From: Thermodesulfobacteriota bacterium | GTDB taxonomy: Bacteria; Desulfobacterota; Binatia; UBA9968; JAJDTQ01 | DNA length: 64,000 bases | Assembly (NCBI GenBank): GCA_965116635.1 | Contig: OZ220710.1 | Span: forward strand, 2,010,549-2,074,548 | Reading direction: 5' to 3' | Shown: one piece after another, positions 55,566 to 64,000 of the stretch | How positions within the stretch are numbered: position 1 is the first letter of the stretch | Layout: each line of letters opens with the position of its first letter | The notes under the pieces: generated by a model | What the model was told of the DNA's origin: nothing | Seen by the model: the letters and a program-made list of their open reading frames with translations, nothing else | The model's database searches: none | Position numbers and translations under genes: made by a program

Positions 55566-57068
55566 TCAAATCCCCCAAGGCTCTGCGTCCGCCGTTAGCG
55601 ACGCGATCAACTCTGGATAGTTGTGAAAAGGCTCGGTACGAAGGATCTGCTCACGCGCCAAGTCCGGTGAAAGGGACTGTCTATCGACAAGGTCTCTGAA
55701 TAAGACTTCCGCCACGCCCTTCACGTCTTCCGGCAAAGTACCAGAAAACCCCGTACGCGGTGTCTCCCTGCCCTCGGCGGTGTCCAACCATATACGTTGT
55801 ACCGGGACAGTCTCCTCAAGGATGCGGATCATGGCCTTGATTTTCGGTGCGATCGCACCCCCGGCGTCCAGGACGGCCTTGACTGCCGGATGCGACATGT
55901 CAACCCGGTAGCGCATCCCATCGTTGAGATGTTCAGCACGCCACGCATGAACTACTGGACTGCGCCCGGCAGGTACCACGACGTGCCCACGATGGGCGAA
56001 GACACTACGCGCCCGCATACAAGTGTCCTCCATGAGGTGCGTCAGGTTTACGCGGAGAGCCACCGGCGGTAACGCGGTCGACTTGCGGATGTCGATCTTC
56101 CAATCAGCGTCAGCAGTATTCGGAATGTCGAGTCGGATCCGTGCCAACCGGTGCGCCTCTTCCTTTGTCCAGGAACGTCCCCGTCCAAGACCAAGCCAGC
56201 TCCCGGCTACGAGCAGCCTTTCTTTCCTGTAAACGTAGAAACCTTGTTGCGCCGTCCAACCATCGGGCCCGCCTGCCCGTTCGTGTTGGTTGCGGTCCAA
56301 GCGGTCCTTGTGGGGCAGCACATGACACTGCGCTCTGATGCCGGGCGCAAGCGTCGCCTCAGGCGACGACCATGTGGCAGGGTGGTTTGCAAGAAAAGGA
56401 TCCCACATCGCAACCTCCCTACGATTGATGGTAATACGGAGCCGTTGGCTTGGTCCGGTGAGGTATCTGTGGAAAACCATCCCCAGGTGGCGGTCCACTA
56501 CGTCGATAAGGTCAAGAAAACTCTGCTCCGAAAAGCCGGGCGTCACGATGCGATCGAGGTTCTCCCAAAGGACCAGTGTGCCTTGTTGAACCGGCAACAG
56601 CGAACCCAGTAGGTCTTGTGATCCTTCCGCCGGCCCTTCCATCAGACGCCATTCGTCGTCGGGGCTGCGAGCCAACACATCGAGATCCCAACGAAGACAA
56701 CCGAGTTGGCCACAACTCCTGCTGGCGACCGTAACCCGACGGCACTGTGAGAACGACGCCGTCTTCAAACCAAGGCCGAAACGGCCCAGGTCGCTGTCTG
56801 CTCTCACATCAAGTGGACTTTGCTGCCCCAGCCTCATGGCACGATCAAGTTCACCTTCGTCCATACCCCAACCGTCATCCTGGATCGCGATGTAGCTGCC
56901 AGTTCCTTGCCAGACGAAACTCAGGTCAACATAGCGGGCGCCTGCGGCGATACTGTTGTCTACGATGTCGGCAATGGCCGTCGCAGTCGAGTAGCCGAGC
57001 CCGCGTAGGGCTTCTATCATTGCCGTCGCCTTGGGCGGCGCATGGCGGTATTTCACCGAACTCTTCAT
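55566..57068 (-). CDS. GHKL-type ATPase (HATPase_c_3, MutL/MORC-like)
   Basis: Bergerat-fold motifs AIADIVDNSIAAGA (N box) and DDGWGM (G1). The start may be the internal MIEALRG (57020) rather than 57068. Confidence 0.75.
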   Translation of the reverse strand: MKSSVKYRHAPPKATAMIEALRGLGYSTATAIADIVDNSIAAGARYVDLSFVWQGTGSYIAIQDDGWGMDEGELDRAMRLGQQSPLDVRADSDLGRFGLGLKTASFSQCRRVTVASRSCGQLGCLRWDLDVLARSPDDEWRLMEGPAEGSQDLLGSLLPVQQGTLVLWENLDRIVTPGFSEQSFLDLIDVVDRHLGMVFHRYLTGPSQRLRITINRREVAMWDPFLANHPATWSSPEATLAPGIRAQCHVLPHKDRLDRNQHERAGGPDGWTAQQGFYVYRKERLLVAGSWLGLGRGRSWTKEEAHRLARIRLDIPNTADADWKIDIRKSTALPPVALRVNLTHLMEDTCMRARSVFAHRGHVVVPAGRSPVVHAWRAEHLNDGMRYRVDMSHPAVKAVLDAGGAIAPKIKAMIRILEETVPVQRIWLDTAEGRETPRTGFSGTLPEDVKGVAEVLFRDLVDRQSLSPDLAREQILRTEPFHNYPELIASLTADAEPWGI

Positions 57069-59122
57069 GACACTCGTTTCCCGCCTGTTCCGTATCGGGT
57101 GGATAGAACTCTATGGAGTGTCTTAAGGGCAGCCACTTCAATCTGTCTCACCCGTTCACGCGTCAGATTCAGCTTGTCTCCCACTTGTTGCAGCGTGTGA
57201 TCAGGTCCACCGCCAAGACCGAACCGAAAGCGGATCACATAAGCCTGCCTCTCCGTGAGAAACCGCAACGCAAAGTCAATATCGTGCCGTATTGCAAAGC
57301 GCGAAGCGAAGTCGGCTTCGGCGGTCAAAGGGGTGTCCATGGCCGGCGACCAGTCAACGACATTCTCTACCAACTCCGCGTCTTGCCGGAGGAGAAGTGT
57401 CTTCTCCAACTCGCGACCTGAAACACCAAACTCACTGGCCAGTTCACTTGCGTCCGGAGGCCGCCCAGTCAGAGCAGAAGCCGCGCCAGCAGCTCTCTGG
57501 ACCTTGGCCAAGCGCTCCACAGCGTGAACCGGCAGGCGGATAATCCGTCCCTGGTCTGCGACGGCACGCGAGATGGCTTGGCGAATCCACCAAGTGGCAT
57601 AAGTCGAGAACCTGAAGCCCAGACGGGGATCGAAACGTTCCACTGCCTTCAACAGTCCAATGCTCCCTTCCTGAACACGATCCATCAGAGGGAGGCCTCC
57701 CTGTCGCTTTGCACACCACAGGACAAGACGAAGATTGGCTTCAACAAACTCCGCGCTGGCTTTCTCTCTCGCCCGCAAAGCTGATGTCAAAATGCGGTTC
57801 AACTCAGGGTTCGACGCATTCTCAGTCACTGTGGCACAAAGGTGTCGAATCGCGACACCAGAGAGGCGCAACGCGCTCAGCCCATCTCTGAAGGTGTCCG
57901 CCCGATGGGTGTCCCGAGCGCCTAGTGAACTTCCATTCATCAGGTGACGAATTGCCTGCGAGCCAGTCAGATTATGTGACATGGATGGCGTCAAGCTCGG
58001 CCGGTCCGAATCCTGGCCTTCACCGGAATCAAACTCCTCATCTCCGCCGGAGTCGTCGGTCGATAACTCAGGGTCTGTCTCGATGCTATTCTCTAGTTGA
58101 TCCACCCATTCGAACAACTGGTGCGAGGCCTCTGTTGACTGCGAAATTGCGCGGAACACCTCGTCGGTCGCGTCCTCAATTCGAGTCGCCAACGCTACCT
58201 CTTCGTCTGCAGAAAGGCGTCGGGCACCATTGAGGTCTTTTGAATAGGGGATGAGGAGATCCTGGTTGCGTGACAGATCGCCAAGGAACGCGATGGCGTC
58301 TTGCACCATCTCCTCGTCTGAATCGTCAAGGATCACATCGCTTTGCGGCCATGCTATGCTGGCAGATACCGGAGCACCCGGATCATCCTCCACGAGAATC
58401 CCTATAGCTTCCATCATGACCCGGAGGCGGCTCTCCGTGCCGATGTCGTACTGGTCGTCTTCTCCATTCCACGCCAACTCTGCAACTTCGTAGGCCGTCA
58501 CCCAGCCACATGACAGCCCCGCGCGGATCAGCGTACGCACGTCATCAAGCCAAGCGGCGTCGCCCGTAGCGTACCAATCAGTGTCGTCCGGCAGATCAAC
58601 CTCAACGTCGGACCAATCGTCATCCTGATTTGTCGGCACGTGTTTGGAAATCTGGTCCTGAAGTTCGCGGACACTCGAATAGACAGACGGATCGTCTACC
58701 GGTGGCGACGAGTCCGCAACTTCTTCCCAGTCTGCAAGATCGAGAGATTCCTCATCCCAGACCCGCTCGACGTCAGCAACACCTGCAAACGGGTCGTCCA
58801 CCACGACTGAACTTGCGCTTTCCGCGGACTCGGACGGACGACAGGCGCGCAGCACAGCTGCCGCGTCTTCCTGTCGCTCCTTGATGGCGACGGACAACGC
58901 GTCATTGCCTTCCCAATCGACCAGCGAGGGATCTGCGCCAGCCTTGATGAGTAGTTGGCAGACTTCGAAATGTCCTCCCGCTGCCGCTAGCAGGAGTGGC
59001 GTCCGACCTCTCGAATCCCGTGCATTGACGTCGTCGCCCCGGCGGATGTGGAATTCCACCGTCTGGACCACGCCGTCGCTCGCGGCCCAACGAAACAACG
59101 ACGGCAAACGATGGCTTGGCAT
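57065..59122 (-). CDS. RpoD-like sigma-70 factor with N-terminal ankyrin-repeat module
   Basis: 685 aa. Residues ~20-95 are ankyrin repeats (GRTPLLLAAAGGHFEVCQLLIKAGADP). This is followed by an acidic region 1.1-like stretch, region 1.2 (DLLIPYSKDLNGARRLSADEEVALATRIED), region 2 (LRLVLWCAKR...FSTYATWWIRQAISRAVADQGRIIRLPVH), region 3 and region 4.2 (TLQQVGDKLNLTRERVRQIEVAALKTL). The stop overlaps the GHKL start (ATGA). Confidence 0.8.
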   Translation of the reverse strand: MPSHRLPSLFRWAASDGVVQTVEFHIRRGDDVNARDSRGRTPLLLAAAGGHFEVCQLLIKAGADPSLVDWEGNDALSVAIKERQEDAAAVLRACRPSESAESASSVVVDDPFAGVADVERVWDEESLDLADWEEVADSSPPVDDPSVYSSVRELQDQISKHVPTNQDDDWSDVEVDLPDDTDWYATGDAAWLDDVRTLIRAGLSCGWVTAYEVAELAWNGEDDQYDIGTESRLRVMMEAIGILVEDDPGAPVSASIAWPQSDVILDDSDEEMVQDAIAFLGDLSRNQDLLIPYSKDLNGARRLSADEEVALATRIEDATDEVFRAISQSTEASHQLFEWVDQLENSIETDPELSTDDSGGDEEFDSGEGQDSDRPSLTPSMSHNLTGSQAIRHLMNGSSLGARDTHRADTFRDGLSALRLSGVAIRHLCATVTENASNPELNRILTSALRAREKASAEFVEANLRLVLWCAKRQGGLPLMDRVQEGSIGLLKAVERFDPRLGFRFSTYATWWIRQAISRAVADQGRIIRLPVHAVERLAKVQRAAGAASALTGRPPDASELASEFGVSGRELEKTLLLRQDAELVENVVDWSPAMDTPLTAEADFASRFAIRHDIDFALRFLTERQAYVIRFRFGLGGGPDHTLQQVGDKLNLTRERVRQIEVAALKTLHRVLSTRYGTGGKRVS

Positions 59123-59364
59123 CAGCGATTCATCCCAAACGGCTGTCCCGGTCTACCGTTAGAGGCTCACGTACCTGCAACCACCCTCTATTGAGGCAAC
59201 TGAGACAGGACCATCGGAAGATATTCGGCACTGAAGAGTCTGTATAGGCCGCCACCGTCGGCAGAGCGGTATGCGATTGGGGAAGCGACAGATGGGAAGT
59301 TTATCGTTTTGGAAAAACAGCATGCGCGAGCAGGTCCAAGTACCTCCAACTCCGCAACTCACTT

Positions 59365-60012
59365 TTACGACCAGCTATCCTGGTACACCCAGCGGTCGAG
59401 ATTGTCGAAGAATTGGCGCCGCAGCATGAGGCTCATCTCCACGGCGCGCACGATGCGGTCCTGGGTCTCGGGGTCGGTGGCATACTTGACCAGCAACTCG
59501 AAGGGATAGTTGCCGTGCTCTTCCTCGTCGTCGTGGATCTTCTGGTAGGGGCCGGTGACCCACTCGGGCACGGTGCCGGCCTGGAGGCTCTTGCCGATGA
59601 GGTAGTCGGCCACGCCCTCGCCGGCGAAGGGAAACGCGGCAATGCGCTCACAGGTGCTGGTCAGCGCCTCGAAGCCGTTGAACATTGCCATCTGCGCGGG
59701 TAACGGCTTGTAGTCGTAGGGCACGGCTCCCTTGCTTTTCAGGGCTTCGGAAAGATACTCGGCGTGGACGAATTCTTCGTAAATGGCTTCCGCCAGAATC
59801 GCCTTGACCTCCAGCTCGGGGGTGGTCTTGAGCCACGTGCCGAAGACCTCGGCGGCGCGCACCTCGTTGAAGAGCCGGCTCTGCATCACCTTGATGCGCA
59901 TCTCGTCGGTGGTGAGCGGGATGTAGCTGTAGGCGGGCAGGTTGTCGTCGAGGCCCTTGCAGAACTCGGCCACCCGCGACTGTACCTTCTTGGCAAACTC
60001 GTGACTGTCCAT
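59365..60012 (-). CDS. ferritin-like di-iron domain protein
   Basis: About 215 aa with paired ExxH motifs (EEFVH, EEEHG) in a helical context. ATG at 60012. Confidence 0.5.
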   Translation of the reverse strand: MDSHEFAKKVQSRVAEFCKGLDDNLPAYSYIPLTTDEMRIKVMQSRLFNEVRAAEVFGTWLKTTPELEVKAILAEAIYEEFVHAEYLSEALKSKGAVPYDYKPLPAQMAMFNGFEALTSTCERIAAFPFAGEGVADYLIGKSLQAGTVPEWVTGPYQKIHDDEEEHGNYPFELLVKYATDPETQDRIVRAVEMSLMLRRQFFDNLDRWVYQDSWS

Positions 60013-60146
60013 GAATGCTCCCTGTCCGGAACGCTCCGGCTCGGTTTGGTTGCCGGAAATTGATAACAACCGTTGCCGGCAGCGTCAACCAAACATCGTG
60101 ACGGCAGCTTCCGGGACAGGGGCCGCGGCGTTCTTCCGGGGTCCGG

Positions 60147-61208
60147 CTATTTTTTCATGCCCAGGAACTTCCTGTATTGGTCCACGATCTCCGGCGGAGC
60201 CCCGGTCATGAGCCCGATGATACGGGCGACCTCCTTCCCCGAGCGCGGGGCGACCCTGATGCCCTGGCGTTTGGCTTCGCTGATGAACTTGGGGCTGGCC
60301 AAGGCCTTGAGGAAGGCTTCCTGCAGGACGTTGAATCGATCCGGCGGCGTTCCCGGCGGAATCGCGTACAGCCGGAGGATGCTCCAGCTCTGGATCAGGA
60401 AATCGGCGAGCTTTCGCTGGTCGGAGCTGAGGGTCAGGTCCTTCAGGGTTGCCACTCCGGCCGGCGCTTCCGCCCCCGGCCCGGTCCCGATGGCCAGGAA
60501 CGGCCGGAGCGTGCCGTTCTCGATCAGGTGGCCGTAACGGTCCTGAACGAAATGGAGGGACAGGTTCATGCCCTCCAGCTCTTTCCGTTCCAGCGCCGCC
60601 AGGATGCCGGTGGAGCCCTTGTAACCGAAGACCACCTTGACGTTGAGGCCGAGAGTACGCTCGAACTCACCCATGATGGCGGCGGACTGGCCCACGCCGG
60701 TTGCCCCCACGGCGAGGGGCTCTTTCCTTTTCTTCAGGTCCGCGAGCGTGCGGATCGGCAGGTCGCCCCGCACCCACAGCACCCTTGGCAGGGCCGGAAG
60801 CGAGGGATCGCCCAACCACATGTATTTCATCGGGTCGAACTTGACCGCGGGATCCCCCATCAAGGCCTGCAGGACGATTCCGGTGGCGAAGTTGACGATG
60901 GTGAGCCCGTCTCCCGGTTGTTCCGCGTAGATCCTGTTGGCCGCTACCAGGCTGCCGGCGCCCGGCATGTTCTGCACGATGAACCTGGGATTGCCCGGTA
61001 TGTACTGCGGCAGATGCCGCGCCAGCATGCGCGCGAAGGTGTCGAAACCGCCCCCCGGGCTGAGGCCGACGATGATCTTGACGGTCTTGCCTTCGTAGAA
61101 CGGGGCCGTGGCCCCTTGTGCCGTTGTCCCGAGGTGAAGCCCGATGCAGAGGACGGCGGCAAGAGTGAAGAGGGCTATCCTGGTGAGTGCTCCGGACTGG
61201 CGGTTCAT
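60147..61208 (-). CDS. tripartite tricarboxylate transporter substrate-binding protein (TctC/Bug family)
   Basis: Signal peptide and Bug-family core (KIIVGLSPGGGFDTFARMLA..., GYKGSTGILAAL). ATG at 61208 with GGAGG upstream. Confidence 0.8.
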   Translation of the reverse strand: MNRQSGALTRIALFTLAAVLCIGLHLGTTAQGATAPFYEGKTVKIIVGLSPGGGFDTFARMLARHLPQYIPGNPRFIVQNMPGAGSLVAANRIYAEQPGDGLTIVNFATGIVLQALMGDPAVKFDPMKYMWLGDPSLPALPRVLWVRGDLPIRTLADLKKRKEPLAVGATGVGQSAAIMGEFERTLGLNVKVVFGYKGSTGILAALERKELEGMNLSLHFVQDRYGHLIENGTLRPFLAIGTGPGAEAPAGVATLKDLTLSSDQRKLADFLIQSWSILRLYAIPPGTPPDRFNVLQEAFLKALASPKFISEAKRQGIRVAPRSGKEVARIIGLMTGAPPEIVDQYRKFLGMKK

Positions 61209-61390
61209 ACACACCTCCCTTGGCGCATGTTCGAATAACGCGGAACCCGTTGAATTTCCGGACACTACGATGGGGCCGGAAACATTGTCAACCGCATAGC
61301 ATGCGGCACCGGCGGTTGTTCAGGCACCGTCCGTCGATGGGATTTCCACTCTGTTGACACGCCTGAACGGTTCGCAGTAAGGGAGTTGCC

Positions 61391-62059
61391 ATGGCAAACG
61401 AAGCCTTCGTCGACGCCATCACCAGCGAGATCATCGAGCCCGGCATCCAGCAGTTGATGGAAAATCGCTACTTCTCCGAGCTGAGAGAAGGGCAACTCTC
61501 GGTGCGGAGACTCCAGGGGTGGTCGCTGCAGCACTACCTGCACAACGTTGTCCTGTTGAAGGGCTTTGCCCTCTGCATGGTGAAAAACGCCCATGACAAC
61601 CGGCTCTACAATCACTTTGCCTACCAGTTCGAAGAAGAGAGCACGCATCCCGACCTGGCCAAACGTTTCGGCTTGGCCCTGGGGCTCGGCGAAGAGGACT
61701 TCGCCGATGCCACGCCGGTCTTCGGCTGCCTGGTCCACACGAGCCGGATGATCCACGGCATGCTGTTGGGCTCACCCGCGGAAAACCGGGTGGGCGCCCT
61801 GGTCGACGAGAGCATGGTCCGGCGCTACTCGGAGGAGTTCAATCGCTACGCGCGGAAGCACTACGGCCTCGGCGACGAAGCCTGTGAGTTTTTCACGGTC
61901 CACATGGTGGCGGATGAGGAGCACACCGCCATGGCCTCCGAAGTGATCGCCCGCATGGCCGAGACGCCTCGGGAACAGCAGTTGGTACGCGAAGCCGCGC
62001 GGCACACGGTGCGCCTGAAACTCGGCAAGTTCGACAGCATCTACGAAAGCTATGCGTAG
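61391..62059 (+). CDS. TenA/PqqC-like (haem-oxygenase-fold) iron-containing redox enzyme family protein
   Basis: 222 aa all-helical protein with conserved acidic/His positions (EEESTHPDL, DEEHT). Confidence 0.5.
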   Translation: MANEAFVDAITSEIIEPGIQQLMENRYFSELREGQLSVRRLQGWSLQHYLHNVVLLKGFALCMVKNAHDNRLYNHFAYQFEEESTHPDLAKRFGLALGLGEEDFADATPVFGCLVHTSRMIHGMLLGSPAENRVGALVDESMVRRYSEEFNRYARKHYGLGDEACEFFTVHMVADEEHTAMASEVIARMAETPREQQLVREAARHTVRLKLGKFDSIYESYA

Positions 62060-62088
62060 GCGCACCCGCCGCCTCGGAATGGGGACCG

Positions 62089-63216
62089 ATGAAGATATAC
62101 AACTTCGACCTTCTCGCCTATCCGCACGTGCCCATGGACATCCCGGGCACGCCCCTGCCCAGCAACCTGTTCGATCCGGCCGAAGGCACTCGCAACTACG
62201 AGGACCATTTCTACGAAATGGAACATTGCGAACAGCTCGGCTTTGAGGGGGTCCTCTTCAACGAACACCACTACAGCGCCTATGGCACCATGCCGTCGCC
62301 CAACCTGGTCGCCGCCGCGCTGAGCCAGAGGACCAGTACGATCAAGATCGGCGTGCTCGGCAACGTCCTGCCGCTCCGTCACCACCCGGTGCGGGTGGCG
62401 GAAGAATACGCCATGGTCGACTGCATGTCGGGAGGACGGCTGATCGCGGGCTTCGTGCGCGGCATCCCTCCCGAATACCTCTGGTACAACATCGATCCGA
62501 GCGAATCGCGCGGGCGGTTCGAAGAGGCCTTCGAGCTGATCCTGAGGGCGTGGACCGAACCCACCTGGAGCTACCACGGCAAGTTCTTCCAGCTCGAAAA
62601 CTGCGCCACCTGGCCGCGCCCGGTCCAGCAGCCCCATCCTCCGGTGTGGGTCGCCGCCCGCAGCGCCGAGTCCGTCGAGTGGTGCGCCGAGCGCCGTATC
62701 CCCATCGCCCAGGTGTACCAGACCACCAGCCAGATCGAGGATACCTTCAACTACTATCGCAAGGTAGCCCGGGACGGGGGTTGGGAAGCCGACGACGGGC
62801 AGTTCGTTCTGTGCCGGCACATCTACGTTGACGAAACGGACGAAAAGGCGCGCGAGGTTGCCGAGCCCGCGCTGCGCTACTTCTTCACGCTCCTGAACCG
62901 CGGGTTCAAGCAGACGGCCAGCGAGGCGGGCGCGCGCGTGAGGGAGGCCCTCTACACCGACAAGTCGTTCAACTACTTCCGCGAGGAGAACCGCCAGCGG
63001 TACGACTTCTCGTCGCTCGGCTGGGAGGACCTGCAGAAGGTCGGATACGTCTTTGCCGGAAGCCCGGACACGGTCGCCCGGCAACTCAACCAACAGATGA
63101 GCGATGTGGGCGCCGATCACTTCATGGGAATGTTCCACATCGGCAACCTTCCTCACGACAAGGTCATGGATTCCCTGAACCTCTTCCACAAGCAGGTCAT
63201 GCCGCAGTTGAAGTGA
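62089..63216 (+). CDS. LLM-class flavin-dependent oxidoreductase
   Basis: 375 aa with luciferase-like TIM-barrel motifs (FNEHHYS, PHPPVWVAA). Confidence 0.8.
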   Translation: MKIYNFDLLAYPHVPMDIPGTPLPSNLFDPAEGTRNYEDHFYEMEHCEQLGFEGVLFNEHHYSAYGTMPSPNLVAAALSQRTSTIKIGVLGNVLPLRHHPVRVAEEYAMVDCMSGGRLIAGFVRGIPPEYLWYNIDPSESRGRFEEAFELILRAWTEPTWSYHGKFFQLENCATWPRPVQQPHPPVWVAARSAESVEWCAERRIPIAQVYQTTSQIEDTFNYYRKVARDGGWEADDGQFVLCRHIYVDETDEKAREVAEPALRYFFTLLNRGFKQTASEAGARVREALYTDKSFNYFREENRQRYDFSSLGWEDLQKVGYVFAGSPDTVARQLNQQMSDVGADHFMGMFHIGNLPHDKVMDSLNLFHKQVMPQLK

Positions 63217-63248
63217 CGGACACGGGTCCGACCGCAGGGAGACTTCGA

Positions 63249-64000
63249 ATGACGGGCACCGGACAGATAACCGACCTCAAGACCCTGGACGACCTGCTCG
63301 AAAGCCAATCGATGAGGGGGCTGTGGGTGGGCGAAGACAGGCTCCTGGTCGAGCCTCGACCCTTTGGCGCGCCCAAGCTCTGGAAATGGCCGGAGATTCG
63401 GGAGGGGCTCGAGGCCGCGGCAAGGCTCGTGCCGACGAATTTCAAGGGCTCCCGGAGAGCCATCACGCTGGTCCATCCCGATACCGCCGGCGGCACCAGC
63501 AATACGCTGGTCATGGCGGTGCAACTGGTCAAGGCCGGCGAGGCGGTCTACGCCCACCGGCACACCGCGGCGGCCATGCGTTTCATCCTCGAAGGCGGGG
63601 AGGATACCTACACCATCACGGACGGCGAGAAGTGCATCATGGAGCGCGGCGACCTCGTCGTCCAGCCCAACGGGAGCTGGCACAACCATGCCAACGAATC
63701 CGACCGGGACTCGGTGTGGATCGACGCTCTCGACGTGGGTCTGATGGCGATGCTGCGCACGATGTTCCAGGAACCCCACCCCGCCGAGGACGTCAAGCTC
63801 TTCAACAGTGCCACGGACACCACCGTCCGCAATCCGGGGAACCTCGCGCCGCCGGGCAAAAGCCCCAAGAAACTGGTCTACAAGTGGCGAGAGACCCTGA
63901 CCGCCCTGGAGGCGATGCTGGCGGAGGACAAGAGCCCCTACGACGCCCGCTGCCTGGAATACCGCGACCCGGCCACCGGGGGGCCGACGTTCCCCACGTT
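63249..64000 (+). CDS. cupin-domain protein (gentisate-1,2-dioxygenase-like), 3' partial
   Basis: Translated manually (not in the ORF track because no stop lies within the window): MTGTGQITDL...VYAHRHTAAAMRFILEG...GSWHNH. The cupin metal motif is H-x-H...E...H. The frame runs off the window end. Confidence 0.55.
   Translation, partial: MTGTGQITDLKTLDDLLESQSMRGLWVGEDRLLVEPRPFGAPKLWKWPEIREGLEAAARLVPTNFKGSRRAITLVHPDTAGGTSNTLVMAVQLVKAGEAVYAHRHTAAAMRFILEGGEDTYTITDGEKCIMERGDLVVQPNGSWHNHANESDRDSVWIDALDVGLMAMLRTMFQEPHPAEDVKLFNSATDTTVRNPGNLAPPGKSPKKLVYKWRETLTALEAMLAEDKSPYDARCLEYRDPATGGPTFPT

Overview
This is a 64 kb, high-GC (about 65-68 %) bacterial chromosome segment, densely coding on both strands. 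It carries about 50 supportable genes plus several accessory patches.

Backbone genes:
- A TRAP-type permease, two family-III CoA-transferases, and an ileS-lspA-hydrolase-lipoprotein operon.
- A class-II aldolase, a UbiD-family decarboxylase, a STAS protein and a GPP34-like protein.
- An orphan HlyD adaptor, a TauD/TfdA dioxygenase and an EutA-like ATPase.
- A Bat-like MoxR/DUF58/vWA/DUF4159 gene set that is split by an ~8.5 kb block of opposite-strand genes (LLM oxidoreductase, DUF5615/DUF433 pair, sulfatase, CMD, Sfp-type PPTase coupled to an MFS transporter).
- NudC, an asparaginase-like protein, DHDPS-like, TctC, two LLM oxidoreductases and a cupin.

Three things stand out:
1. A ~11 kb lower-GC island (about 48.4-59.3 kb). 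It holds a seven-gene, start/stop-overlapping minus-strand operon: ankyrin-repeat::RpoD-like sigma factor -> GHKL ATPase -> Z1-domain P-loop protein -> PD-(D/E)xK-motif protein -> AIPR protein -> Vsr -> Dcm cytosine methyltransferase. This matches a methyltransferase-linked Z1/AIPR/MutL-like predicted defence cassette. It is unusual in being headed by, and translationally coupled to, a full sigma-70 with an N-terminal ankyrin module.
2. A decayed lower-GC toxin-antitoxin locus (11.6-14.4 kb). It contains a higB-like toxin remnant with intact higA, an intact MNT antitoxin with its HepT/HEPN toxin carrying an in-frame amber stop before the Rx4-6H motif, a 2x19 bp tandem repeat and a transposase C-terminal remnant.
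3. A family of MITE/REP-like nested-palindromic intergenic repeats with at least 4 copies. Two of them flank an asparaginase + RES/Xre toxin-antitoxin cassette.

No rRNA, CRISPR array or convincing tRNA gene was found. Many long antisense ORFs in the ORF track are high-GC artefacts.
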